A DNA stretch of 64,000 nt from NCBI GenBank assembly GCA_937625935.1, contig OW569357.1, positions 492,462 to 556,461 of the forward strand, written 5' to 3'. The DNA is from Tetramitus jugosus (lineage: Eukaryota > Protista > Heterolobosea). Positions 21,158 to 32,259 of the stretch are shown here, piece by piece. How positions within the stretch are numbered: position 1 is the stretch's first letter; each line of letters opens with the position of its first letter. The notes beneath the pieces were generated by a model. That model was not told where the DNA came from and did no database searches. It worked only from the letters and a program-made list of their open reading frames with translations. Both the position numbers and the translations under genes were made by a program.

Positions 21158-21600
21158 TATGTCTAAATTGTTTGTTTACTTGTTTGTAGTGTGATTTTGA
21201 TCTGAAATTGTTTTGTTGTTGATCTGTCAATCTTTTTATCTCGATTGTGATCGCGGTGTCTCTGCGCACAAATTTGCGCTGTATTGTTCTGAACAAGGTG
21301 AGCTTTTGAGACCATGGTCCAAAGATGGAACTCGTGGATGTCAGTCCTTCAATCTGAAGAATAGTGTGAATCACAGGGAGGAATTGAAGTAGTCTTGAAT
21401 TGCCAAAAAAACAGGTTTTCATGTTGCAATTGCGTACCAATTGAGGAGTAACCAACACATTCTCATTTCTTTGGCAGCTGAGATTTTCGCTCAAGTCTGT
21501 TAGGCTTAACAGAGACTACAACTTTTCTTACAGTAGTCCTACAGCCGGTGAAACAACTATATCACCGCCGACTCGAATTTTTGTTCGATCATGGAAAATA

Positions 21601-23327
21601 CTGTGAATTCTCGGTTACAAGCAACACTCGCTTACTAGCAACAGCATCTGTTTGGCGACAAAATTAGCCCGGAAAAACTTTGTCCTCTCCTTTTTAAGCT
21701 GAAGGTCCCCTGTCTTGTCTTAACCAATACACAACAAACGAAATCATGTCTTATCCATTGCGCTCGGCAGTCAATCAACATTCACAATTCCAATCTGTCA
21801 CTGGTCTTCCTTACGATAATGAACAAGTATCAATGCCGTTCTTTCCAAAGAAGAAAGCAAGAAAACAATATGATGTTAGTACTAAGCTAAAGTACCTAAA
21901 GCTAGCAGAGTTATTTGGCGTTTCGTACGTAGTCTCAACAAAGGGTGTCTCGAGGTCTCTGTTGTCTAGGTGGAAGAAACAAGTGCCTCAGTATCTGTTG
22001 GCGAAGTCTGAACGCAAGATGTCCAAGAAGAGGATACGTTCAGCGTCTCATTCCACAGTGTTTACAGAGGACCAAGAGAAACAGATATTTGACAAGATTC
22101 AGAAACTCAGAGATGCTATGATACCAGTAAGCGGTCCAATGGTCAAGATCTTCGCGCTACAAGTGGCTCGAGAACATCAAATTCAAGACTTCGATGCATC
22201 AAATGGATTCGTAACACGGTTCAGAAAAAGGTGGAACCTGACTCTTCGACGAGGAACAAAGCGCTCTCCAAAGCTCGATAGCGACATCATTAGAAAGCTT
22301 GAAGAGATGCAAAGAGATGTGTACAACAAATGTATCCATCATGATATTGATTATATTTGTAATATTGATGAAACACCTATTGTTTATGATCTCATGTACG
22401 ATCATACCTTAGCCAATTGTGGAGATGCTGAGGTTTTGATAGCAAAAGTCAAGTCTGCAAAGAAGCGTATTACAAATTGTCTCGGAATATTACTACCTGT
22501 TCCTTGGAAACCTGACTTGCCACAAGTATTCAAATGCAAACCGATGATGATTTTCAAAGGTATGACACCAAAATGCCTTAATGATGTCTCCAGGGTGCAC
22601 AAAGAAGACACCACGATATTGATTCGACATCAGAAGAAAGCTTGGAACGATGCAAATCTGTATGTCGATTTCTTACAACATTCATTGCCAGATGAAATCG
22701 TTGGACCCAATAGGAGACAAGACTATAAGATTCTAGTTGTTCATGACAATGTGGAGTTCCACTTAGCCACACAAGTCAGTGATCTATGTAAGAAGGACTA
22801 TGGCATTGAACCTCATTGTTTACCACCGAATGCTACGGCTATCTGCCAACCATTAGATGTTGCCATCAACAGACCATTCAAGGACGGTATGAGAAAAAAA
22901 CTTATGGAGAATCTGGTCGATAGTTACACTGGTGGAGAGATTTTCATCTCCAAGAATGATTTGATTTCGTGGGGAAAAGATGTGTGGTACAACTCAATAA
23001 GTAATGATACAATCAAGAAATCTTTCCTCACTTGTGCGCTGGGAGTGTCCCCTGTAGATAAAGAACAACCAATCTACTGGAAGAGACTCAGGTCATTGCA
23101 AAGTCAGCTCCAAGATGAAACTCTACCAAGTATTGCATCTTTGACTCAGAACTTGTTTAATGGCAACGTGTGGGATGACTCTAATCATCCAAGTGTGTTT
23201 TTGTACACTCCAGAGAGATTCAATGTTCCAGTAAACTACATTTAGCTGCCCAAATAAAGAAGCCCGAACCTCCGCCGCAGAGAAATCACAAAGCACGAAG
23301 GTGTTGCTTGTAACCGAGAATTCACAG
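21601..23327 (+). mobile_element. pogo/Tigger-like (Tc1/mariner superfamily) DNA transposon, apparently intact
   Basis: Perfect 27-bp TIRs CTGTGAATTCTCGGTTACAAGCAACAC (21601-21627 and 23301-23327), TA TSD on both sides, single transposase ORF. Confidence 0.95.
21746..23245 (+). CDS. pogo-type transposase (HTH/CENP-B + DDE_1; DD36D)
   Basis: FDASNGFVTRFRKRW, NIDETP, VHDN and CQPLDV motifs; 36 residues between the second and third Asp. Confidence 0.93.
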   Translation: MSYPLRSAVNQHSQFQSVTGLPYDNEQVSMPFFPKKKARKQYDVSTKLKYLKLAELFGVSYVVSTKGVSRSLLSRWKKQVPQYLLAKSERKMSKKRIRSASHSTVFTEDQEKQIFDKIQKLRDAMIPVSGPMVKIFALQVAREHQIQDFDASNGFVTRFRKRWNLTLRRGTKRSPKLDSDIIRKLEEMQRDVYNKCIHHDIDYICNIDETPIVYDLMYDHTLANCGDAEVLIAKVKSAKKRITNCLGILLPVPWKPDLPQVFKCKPMMIFKGMTPKCLNDVSRVHKEDTTILIRHQKKAWNDANLYVDFLQHSLPDEIVGPNRRQDYKILVVHDNVEFHLATQVSDLCKKDYGIEPHCLPPNATAICQPLDVAINRPFKDGMRKKLMENLVDSYTGGEIFISKNDLISWGKDVWYNSISNDTIKKSFLTCALGVSPVDKEQPIYWKRLRSLQSQLQDETLPSIASLTQNLFNGNVWDDSNHPSVFLYTPERFNVPVNYI

Positions 23328-23612
23328 TATCCTTCGCAAGAAATCCGACAGAAAGAATCTTTGAATTTGCGAGCAGGACAGAATTTCGCACTTCAACTCT
23401 CAACAAAAAGCTTCCACTGTCACCACCACCAACACTTCTGCTTCCCACCTCGATCATCTGATCTGTTGAGTATTTGTGCACTTTCACGATTTGTGTGTTC
23501 AAAACACCTGGGTTCGATTCAAAAATAATAAGAAACAATTTTTCGGTGGAAAGCAAAAACAAAACTCGGAGGAGAGACGACAACCATGCACCATTATTCT
23601 TCGCAGGCCACA

Positions 23613-25676
23613 ATGAAGCTCTTTTTCATTTGTTGCTCACTCATCTTTACAACCATTACTTTGCTATCAAGCAACAATGGATTGTTGGTGCTTGCACAAT
23701 ATGCACCAGAGACCTCTATCACGTGGGCCAGTTGTAAAACTGTTCAGAGCTGGGTGGAGAGCAGTCGCTACTCTTCATCAATCAATTCTCTATCAAGAGC
23801 TATGACTAATGATGATAGTGCGACACAAGAATTGGAGAATATGATGATGAGCGCGCGATCCGCTCAAGAAGAAATGACGAGCACAAGTAGCACGACGGAC
23901 AATGGTAAAAATTTGATTGATTGTACTGCCGTTCGTTTGCCCTTGATTTGGGACTCTTCTGTAGATTCGCGAAACGTTCATTTCTTTGTCCAGAGAATTC
24001 AATGCGGTTCAAAGATTACAACAAGAAGCGGACAAATTTGGTTGCTGAACGGAAACAAGGGACCTATTGATGGCAGCTCGCTGTACACTTGGGCCACTGC
24101 TCTGTGCAAGGAGCTACCAGGATATGACTTGTTGATACCTGATCATAGAGGTATTGGAAAATCAACAGTGTTAGCAAACAAGTGCACTAGCAAGAATAAG
24201 CTCGATCATTTCAATGATTGTATCCAATTTTTGGAGAATGAGAGTCCATTGGGCAGCAAGGACGGTATCAAGGGATTTGGCACGTCGCAAGCAGCTGGTG
24301 ATGTTCTCTACTTTTCAAAGCTATACAAGCAGTATCAACAGGACAAGAATAGTGGAGCTTCTGCTCAAGTCATTCTCTATGGATTGAACTATGGCAGTGT
24401 GTGGCTGAATAGAGTGTTGCAATTGAGAGAGATTGTTGCCGATTCAGTTACTGTCGATATGATTGTTGTAGATTCACCATTGGGTGTCGAAAGATCCTCA
24501 TTGAGTGCTGATGCAATCGATAATCGATATGTTGCCTCATGGAACGAACTGTTGAGCAATTGTGTGAGCTCACAAAAGTGTGTCAATCGATTCCAAGCAC
24601 TTGTGAGTCAATCCACACCAGGCAGAGTTGTAAATACGACTGATTCATTGCAAAGCTTGTTGGTTGAGATTATGGAGAAGCAGGATACTGATTCTGCATG
24701 CAAGGGAACACACTGGAAATCCAAGAATGTTCAATTGTTTGACGTCAAGAGACTGAAAAAGTTGTTTGCTGCAATGTTGTATGAAATTCCAGAATCAAAG
24801 CTCATTTTCCCTACTCTGTATCGTCTCTATCGATGCGAGTCAAAGGATAGAATATGGTTGCAAAATATGGGATATCAAATGAGTAGAACGATCGGAGCTG
24901 TTGGCAAGGTAGTCAAGCCACTCTTCTTTAAGCCTTCACTCACGATTAGTGGACCAGAAGAAGTGCTGTACCACGTGATTGCAGCATCAGAGATGACTAC
25001 TCAACCCATTGCCACCAATAGCACTTACTGGTTGAACCTTCAAAAGAATGTGCCACCGTTTGTCAACAGAAATGAGTCTGCCATCACAGTTGCAAAGTTG
25101 CTCAATGTGACCACGTACAGTGATCCTCTCGTTGATACCTGGAACATATTTAATGGTCCAATGTTGATCATGTACGGTACATTGGGCTCCATTGCCACCA
25201 AATCATTTGGTGAAGAGTGGGTCAACGAGTACGGAGCTTCCAATCATACTAGAGTTGCTCTATTCCCTCATGCAATGAACATCATGGCCCAGAGTACTGT
25301 GATGGCTAAATCTGGTGATAGCACAATTGCTGGACAGAAAACGATGGTCGACTTTATTGTGAGTGGTGGAATGAACTCTGTGAACGAGACTCTAATCTCC
25401 TTATGGAAGCACAACACTTATAATTTTGACTCATCAGCAAAATCGGCCACCTATGTTGGATACTCGACCGATAAGACATTAAATCTGTGGGATGATGGAC
25501 CAAGCAAGACAATCGAAAAGAAGAACCAGCTTCATGTGGCTAAAAACTTGGGTGCTGGATGTGGCGTTCTCGTGTTCATGTGTGCCATCTTTGCCTTCTG
25601 TATGGTCTTGGATGGTACATTGTGTAAATGGTACAACAACAGACAGAGCAAGCAATACCTTTTGATGAATCACTAA
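23613..25676 (+). CDS. Secreted, C-terminally anchored alpha/beta-hydrolase-fold protein (S33/TAP-like) with degenerate catalytic residues
   Basis: Signal peptide, PDHRGIGKS, LYGLNYGS in place of GxSYG, and a C-terminal TM helix. Confidence 0.75.
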   Translation: MKLFFICCSLIFTTITLLSSNNGLLVLAQYAPETSITWASCKTVQSWVESSRYSSSINSLSRAMTNDDSATQELENMMMSARSAQEEMTSTSSTTDNGKNLIDCTAVRLPLIWDSSVDSRNVHFFVQRIQCGSKITTRSGQIWLLNGNKGPIDGSSLYTWATALCKELPGYDLLIPDHRGIGKSTVLANKCTSKNKLDHFNDCIQFLENESPLGSKDGIKGFGTSQAAGDVLYFSKLYKQYQQDKNSGASAQVILYGLNYGSVWLNRVLQLREIVADSVTVDMIVVDSPLGVERSSLSADAIDNRYVASWNELLSNCVSSQKCVNRFQALVSQSTPGRVVNTTDSLQSLLVEIMEKQDTDSACKGTHWKSKNVQLFDVKRLKKLFAAMLYEIPESKLIFPTLYRLYRCESKDRIWLQNMGYQMSRTIGAVGKVVKPLFFKPSLTISGPEEVLYHVIAASEMTTQPIATNSTYWLNLQKNVPPFVNRNESAITVAKLLNVTTYSDPLVDTWNIFNGPMLIMYGTLGSIATKSFGEEWVNEYGASNHTRVALFPHAMNIMAQSTVMAKSGDSTIAGQKTMVDFIVSGGMNSVNETLISLWKHNTYNFDSSAKSATYVGYSTDKTLNLWDDGPSKTIEKKNQLHVAKNLGAGCGVLVFMCAIFAFCMVLDGTLCKWYNNRQSKQYLLMNH

Positions 25677-25699
25677 ACAAAATAAATAATTATATTTTA

Positions 25700-26998
25700 C
25701 TAGACTTCGAGGTGATCCTCTGGCGAATATGAATCCGTGCTTGCTCTTGGTGGTGGTTCTACAACAACTATGACCTCATCTTCCCTGCTCCTCTGTGTTT
25801 TCTGCTTCTGATACTGCAATATTCGCTGCTTCAAGGAGATTCCAAACTCCTTGATACATTGTTCCTGTAAATCTGTCCGTTCAAACACCATAATACAATT
25901 AACATTGCTTCCTATGACTTTGGTTTTCCTTGTTTGAACGCTCAAATGTGGATGTCTGACATTGTAGAACTCTGGACTAGCACACTTCAGATCTTTGGCG
26001 ATGTCTTCAAACCGAATCGCATGCACTGGGACACTGGTTTTACTGCTATCACCCACTAGAATGTACGTTCGAGATGGAAGAGAAAAACTACCCTCGCTGT
26101 ATGCATCGAGAGGAGAAGTCGATGATTCATCAAAGCCAATCGGTACCATGTAGTGGTTGTGACAATGGTAAATGAGTCCTCTCCTCTTGTTTGTAATTGC
26201 CTCCTTCATCAAGTCCTTGGCTCTTTGTTCTGTCATACCAAGAGTCTTTCCTTTTCCGTGCTCCTTCCACATGATAGCACCCTTTCCATTGACTTTGAAG
26301 AAATTGCATAACTCATGGAACCATTTGATAATAGTGTCGTTTCCTGTGAACGGTCCAAAGCTAATCTCCGAGAAATCTCCAGAAAATCCCAATATTTGCA
26401 ATAGTTCTGTCTGGGTGATAGGTGGAAGTTCTCCATGACCCAAACTACTGAACAAGTAATTCCAGACACCAGTGAGCGAAGATGCTCCACATGAATACTT
26501 GTACTGAGGCCTCGAAATACAAGCAAAAGCAACATTGTCAAAGAATTTTCTCTGTAGAATTGAAGATCGTAATGCATGACCATATTCTAAGCTCTTCTTA
26601 TGATCAGTCATCATCGCAACCTTTTCCAGAGACAATACTTTGTGAGGTTCACTCGGTTGTCGTTGCTTATACAGCTCTAAAGCTACTTTCCTTGGCATTT
26701 TGTCTCGCTTCTTACTCGAAGCTGTGTGAGCGATTTGGATATTGACTCCGTTGCATGCACCATCGACAACCATCCATTGTTGCTCAGAAGAGTGCTCCTC
26801 CTCATCAACACAGATCCCATCTTGTTCTCCATCACCTGTCTCTCCCTTCAACTGATCATTCTTACTACCAAAGCAAACATGATAGCGAGCGAAACCACAG
26901 TACAGAAAACCAAGAAGCGACACAAACAAGACAGGAGGCGCGAGTGACCGATTGGACGTCTGGTCAATATTCATGCTTTGTGGTTGCGTTTTATGCAC
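25700..26998 (-). CDS. BIVM: BIVM-like protein (C39-peptidase-like fold)
   Basis: CISRPQYKYSCGASSLTGVWNYLFS, FGPFTGNDT and IYHCHNHYMVPIGF motifs. Confidence 0.8.
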   Translation of the reverse strand: MHKTQPQSMNIDQTSNRSLAPPVLFVSLLGFLYCGFARYHVCFGSKNDQLKGETGDGEQDGICVDEEEHSSEQQWMVVDGACNGVNIQIAHTASSKKRDKMPRKVALELYKQRQPSEPHKVLSLEKVAMMTDHKKSLEYGHALRSSILQRKFFDNVAFACISRPQYKYSCGASSLTGVWNYLFSSLGHGELPPITQTELLQILGFSGDFSEISFGPFTGNDTIIKWFHELCNFFKVNGKGAIMWKEHGKGKTLGMTEQRAKDLMKEAITNKRRGLIYHCHNHYMVPIGFDESSTSPLDAYSEGSFSLPSRTYILVGDSSKTSVPVHAIRFEDIAKDLKCASPEFYNVRHPHLSVQTRKTKVIGSNVNCIMVFERTDLQEQCIKEFGISLKQRILQYQKQKTQRSREDEVIVVVEPPPRASTDSYSPEDHLEV

Positions 26999-27076
26999 AA
27001 GACAATCGTAAAGCGAATCGTCCCAGAAAAAGCGCCAAAAAAAAACTGTTGGTTTTGATGAAAAAAGTTCTTTAAT

Positions 27077-27460
27077 TTAGAGCTTGTTCCAGGTGGCGAT
27101 TTCATAAGATTGGACATAGTCTTCTTCTTCAGTGATCATCTCCTCAATGTCTTCAGCAGAGACCAAGTGGTCATCAATGGTCAAGACACAAACCAACTTG
27201 GAAACACCGAAAGCCAAAGGACGCTTTTCCATGGCACCCCAGACAAGACCTTCTCTGGTCTTGCTTCTGAAGATCTCAGCCAAAGCATCCAAATCAGTCT
27301 CAGCTTCCCATGGCTTAACGTCAAGAACAACTTGGGACTTGGTGTGCTTCACAGCAGCAGTCTTTTGAGCTTGCTTCTTTTCAGCATTCTTTGCGTTCAA
27401 CTCTTTTTCTTCTTCGGTTTCTTCAGCGAAAATATCGATTTCTTCTTCTTGGTTGCTCAT
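27077..27460 (-). CDS. EEF1B: Translation elongation factor 1B (beta/delta), GEF domain only, 127 aa
   Basis: EIDIFAEE, KSQVVLDVKPWEAETDL, GLVWGA, YVQSYEIATWNKL motifs. Confidence 0.93.
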   Translation of the reverse strand: MSNQEEEIDIFAEETEEEKELNAKNAEKKQAQKTAAVKHTKSQVVLDVKPWEAETDLDALAEIFRSKTREGLVWGAMEKRPLAFGVSKLVCVLTIDDHLVSAEDIEEMITEEEDYVQSYEIATWNKL

Positions 27461-28236
27461 TGTTTTTGATGTGTGTTTAGTTGTTGGTATTGTGTGTTGG
27501 TTTGTTTCTCTCGGCGAGCACCAAGTGAAAAAAATCTTGGTGGACGTGGGTTGGTGCGTGTGTGAAAAACGAGCAGATTCCCAATTTCCGCTTGATTGAA
27601 TATTCGTGGCCGCCCAAATATTCGTGTCAACCAAAGATCAATTCGTTGAAGGATCAAATTCAACAGATTTCACTCTACAGCAAGTTCGTCACAGGATTAG
27701 ACTTAATGGGATGTAATTGCTCACTGTAAGCTTACACATGTATGCGCATGAGTCCCTTCACAGGGTCCTCATTGTTCCCTTTTTCTATTTATCTTCGTAA
27801 GCCAATTTTTCCCGCCAACTTCACATCGGGATCTTTTGTGTTGTTCCAAACTTCCAGATGTGTGATGGACAAGTGCTGCGACATGGTGGTCTTGTTGTTG
27901 TAAGCGCTAAAGACGCGCATCCCCAACCAGTTAACACAAACAACACCAAGCCAAATCTTCTTCATTCTTATATTTTTCCAAGCTCTGGCAAAGTATTCCC
28001 TTTGGTGTAACCGACTTACATCAAATCCGCTCTTTCCCGGGAACTTTTTCACCCCAATCTTACTTCCTTTGGTGGTGCAAAGGGCTCACAAAACAATCAG
28101 CAATCATCACACAACAAAAGAAGAATAACCACGACGACACACGAAGAGAGTGAAAGATACGCTCCCAGAAAACACTACCCAGGTGAAACCACACAATCAT
28201 CATCACCACACTTGTCTTCTCCACTTCTGAATTGGA

Positions 28237-29988
28237 ATGTCACAGCAGCAACATTTCAATCATCACAATCAACCGACTCATCCCTCATCATCAGATCATC
28301 ATGAACTGTTGCAGCAGCATCAACAACCACACTTGAACCATCAGATCACAAATTCCTCATCTCATCATCATCATCATCCTCAACATCAACATCAACTTCA
28401 TCAGCTATTCGACGACGAAGACGACGACGACTTTTCCACGATCACAATGCCAATGGACAATAACAACAATAACAAGAGTAGCATCACTACTCATCAACAT
28501 CAACAACAACAACAACAAAAACAACCACTTTTTCAGAGTGTAGTGCTCAACAATACAACTCCGACAGTGGCAGTCAATATGAAATCATCACCATCATCAT
28601 CACCCTCTCCATTATCACCATTGTCACCATCCTCCTCACCTGCTCTCCAACCCAGTAACAACATTGCACTGACTCAACAACATATACGAAACGTGCAGAG
28701 CATGATTGAAAATTGTTTGACACGATACATGTCAAGGGATCAAGTTGAACAACAGTTGAAGGATGTAGATGCGTTTGTCATTGATTTGGGTAAATATTGT
28801 ATTCTTTTTTTTTAGCTTTTTTTGAGTATTGATTGTATTAACAATGATTATGATTGTGTCATAGTGTGGGAGAAATTGGAGGAACAAAATCCGCAATTCT
28901 TTGAAGCTTATAAGCTACGATTACAAATTTTGCAACAAATTGTGCTGTTCAACAAGTTGGTGGCTGAACAAGCACAAGAGATGCATAGAATGGGAACACC
29001 CATGTATACCACCACCACCAACACCACCACCACTACATCATCTAATCTTCATCCTATGGCTCATCCTCACACTCAACATCCTCATTCTCATCATAGCTCT
29101 CCCATTCATTCCTCTTTGTTCACTAATAACAATAATAATAACAATAATAACAATAATAGTAATAATACAACGAATGATAGTAACAATCACTCGATTATAC
29201 TGCAGCCAGATGCGAGTCATCATAGTGCAACTACTATTGGTGGTGGTGGTAGTGGTGGTTTCAATAGTCACCATTCTCATTCTCATCATACGAACAACAA
29301 CAACAACAACAACAACAATAATAGTCATAATTCTCCAATCAATAATCATGCTTCTCATGACGCGATGCTTTACATGTACCATCATGATACGAATCATCAT
29401 CAAAATTCATATTCCATGCCATTTTATCCCAACAACAACAACAACAACAACAACAACAGTACGAGTAACAATAGTGGTTCAATGTTCATTCATCAACCGA
29501 ATCAGAATATGGATATGATGACGACGATAATGGGAACAACGCACCACGCCAATCTCATGAACAATCACATCCAAAGTAATCATAATACGAATACGAATAC
29601 GAATAATAGTAGTAGTAGTAGTAGTGGTAGTAGTAGTAGTAGTCACAACAATACGATTGTGAATCATTTTGATACGAGTAATAGCAGTAGTGGACCCGGT
29701 GGAACTCTATATGAACAATTCATTACTACTATGAATCGAGATTCAAATGTATCGTCTCACAATGTTCCTTCGACATCTACAATTCCTGTTCATTTGTTAT
29801 CTCATCATGGAAATGAGGATGATGATCACCGGAATGGCACTCATGTGAATGGCGATGAGGACTGTGATGATGGAATGAGTGAGATTTATGATGAACGAGG
29901 AGCCACAACAATAACGGGAGGAGGAGAAGATGGCGGCGGCGGATTGTCATTACTATCTGACAATGATCATCATCATCCACTCTGGTAG
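28237..29988 (+). CDS. A_thal_3526 (TIGR01589)-domain protein with N/H/Q-rich flanks, 2 exons
   Basis: GT-AG intron 28790-28864 joins VQSMIENCLTRYMSRDQV...IDL to VWEKLEEQNPQFFEAYKLRL, reconstituting the domain. Confidence 0.8.
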
Positions 29989-30073
29989 TGCTTGACACTC
30001 ATTATTAAATGATCATCGTCATCATCATCATCACATTTGTGAACAAACAACAAATTGACACAATGTCCTTCTT

Positions 30074-30979
30074 TTATTTCTCCTTGTTCATTGTTTCTTT
30101 CAAAGATGTTTCTAATCGTTGCAATTCCTTGATTCTCGAGTCGACGACTGCAATACTGTCGCGTAGCTTTGACTCGTTTTCACCACTTGGATCCAGATTC
30201 TTGTTCAATTTCTTCTCGGCTTGAACCTTGGACAACAATTGTTCCTGCTTCAATTGAAAAGCTTGCAAATCCTTTTTCGAATCCAATGTTTGACTCAATT
30301 GCTGCACAATTGTACCTGATTGTTGACCATTGTCATCAACAAGTCGAATCACAGAATGCTTATCATTGACTTCATCACTTCTACTACTACTATTATTCGC
30401 ATCATTCTTCCTTGTTGAATCACTTGTTTCTATAGTCACTGTAGTTTCTAATGCAGTAGTAGTAGCTGCTTGTTGTTGTTCCTTCTTCATTTGATTCACT
30501 TGATAAGCCATATAAAAGAGAACAAAACTGAGCATGACTAGAACATATCCCAAAACTCTCTTGTTCATTCGTTGCTTGTAATGAGGTGCGTTCGTGTCTT
30601 GTCTGTTTAGATCATTAGTCGCTCTTAATTGTGATGATTCATTGTACTCGACTGATTCTAGGATTTTGGGTGATGATTTTGGTGGCAATGAAAAGGATAT
30701 GATTGGTCTCTTATTATTCTTGTTGTTGTTAGTTGTGTCAGATGTTGTGACATTGTCTTGATGATTTGTTGTTGTTGTTGTTGTGGTTGTTGTTGATGAA
30801 GAATGATGGTTGAAAATGGAATGATTGGAGTGAAATTGTGGTGGTGATGATATTGTTGTTGTTAATCGATTGTTGATGAAGGATGGTAGGTTATGATGTA
30901 AAAGGTTTTTTGTGGTCAATGTCCATGGACTCGACTTGGTCACTGCTTGTTGAGAAATTCCACCAATGAGTCGATGCAT
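30074..30979 (-). CDS. Hypothetical single-pass (probably mitochondrial) coiled-coil protein
   Basis: Presequence-like N-terminus, TM segment VLGYVLVMLSFVLFYMAY, C-terminal coiled coil. Confidence 0.65.
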   Translation of the reverse strand: MHRLIGGISQQAVTKSSPWTLTTKNLLHHNLPSFINNRLTTTISSPPQFHSNHSIFNHHSSSTTTTTTTTTNHQDNVTTSDTTNNNKNNKRPIISFSLPPKSSPKILESVEYNESSQLRATNDLNRQDTNAPHYKQRMNKRVLGYVLVMLSFVLFYMAYQVNQMKKEQQQAATTTALETTVTIETSDSTRKNDANNSSSRSDEVNDKHSVIRLVDDNGQQSGTIVQQLSQTLDSKKDLQAFQLKQEQLLSKVQAEKKLNKNLDPSGENESKLRDSIAVVDSRIKELQRLETSLKETMNKEK

Positions 30980-31051
30980 TTCTTTTGTTTTTTTGCTTGG
31001 GTGTTGGATTTTGTGAATGTTTCAAGCGTGGAGGAAATGAGTGTTTTATGA

Positions 31052-32176
31052 TCAGGCAATTTTTTGGAATATACCGTGGATGAACACTCGATACATGTCG
31101 AGCTCAGTCTTCTTGTTTCTTAGCTTGACACAGTGATATTCGAGCTCTAATATCCGGAAACCACACTCTGTGAACAATTGTTGACAAAACTCTGTGGAAT
31201 AAAAGAAGGAGAATGTTCCATCGTCTCTCTTGAATATCATTCGATCGTCGAGCAACATTGCTTGTCGATCTGTCTCACTAATTTGGGAAGAACTCTTGCT
31301 TTGATTCAATAGTTTGCGCAGGAAGCGAGTGTGAGCCATATCAAACTTTCCATAGTCTCGAAACAATAGAACACCATTCGGTTTCAACAGTGTCCATATA
31401 TTGTTCAGTGCAGTCTTCATGTGTGAGATTGTAGGCATGGCCGATAACACAAACACCAACAAAATCTTGTCAATTGAGCCAGAGTAGAGGTTCAATACGC
31501 GATCAGTGTCATTTGTTGCTTCATTATCGTCACTTTGTGTTTCTGTTATGTTGGAGTTTGACTTCATTGAAACATCCCAGACGAACACATCCAACTGCTC
31601 TCTATATTTTTCATACAATTCGTGACTCTTTAGTGTTTCAATTGCTTGCGAGCTAAAATCACAGGCCACAAAGTGCCAAGATGCTCCATTCCGCATCACC
31701 AATGGAAACAAGCAACTACCTGTTCCACAACCACATTCCATGATTCTCATTTTCATGTTTGACATGTTTGACTGCATTTTCTCATCATCATCATTATTGT
31801 CAATCTCTGTTTCCGTGGTCGCAACAGGCAGCAACTCTGGAAAGCATTTACTGATATAGTTCTTGATTGGAAAAATCTTGTTCTTGTGACTCTGGTAGAC
31901 TTGATCCCAAGCTTGATAGCAAGTATGCCCATTCTCTTGATCTTCATCATCATCATCTTCTTCTTCTTCTACATGTATCTGATGTAATGTAACATCTTCT
32001 TCCTCTTGTTCGCTGTTGTTGTTGTTTGGTGGTAGTGCACTGGTTGAGAATTGAGACAGGACGAGTTTGGTTAGGTCATCATGAGAGAAATCAGTCTTGT
32101 GGAATGAGGGATCCACTGTAAATTTTTCTCCTTGTCGTGTTGCTCTTGGTTCGATTGGTTGCTGTTGTTCTTGCAT
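31052..32176 (-). CDS. tRNA N3-methylcytidine methyltransferase (METTL2/6 family)
   Basis: MECGCGTGSCLFPL, ACDFS, VFVLSA, LKPNGVLLFRDYG, RDDGT motifs. Confidence 0.92.
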   Translation of the reverse strand: MQEQQQPIEPRATRQGEKFTVDPSFHKTDFSHDDLTKLVLSQFSTSALPPNNNNSEQEEEDVTLHQIHVEEEEDDDDEDQENGHTCYQAWDQVYQSHKNKIFPIKNYISKCFPELLPVATTETEIDNNDDDEKMQSNMSNMKMRIMECGCGTGSCLFPLVMRNGASWHFVACDFSSQAIETLKSHELYEKYREQLDVFVWDVSMKSNSNITETQSDDNEATNDTDRVLNLYSGSIDKILLVFVLSAMPTISHMKTALNNIWTLLKPNGVLLFRDYGKFDMAHTRFLRKLLNQSKSSSQISETDRQAMLLDDRMIFKRDDGTFSFFYSTEFCQQLFTECGFRILELEYHCVKLRNKKTELDMYRVFIHGIFQKIA

Positions 32177-32259
32177 TTCTGGTCTTCTTGGGCGGGGTTT
32201 TGTTTGTCGGTGAAATAAGGATTAATGCTGTGCTATTGGAGGAACTTGAATCCATTGTA

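Noticed and set aside
28901-29667. Overlapping Ile/Met/Val-rich ORFs and AAC/AAT/AGT microsatellites
   Set aside because: Alternative-frame shadows of poly-Asn/His/Ser tracts in the real gene.
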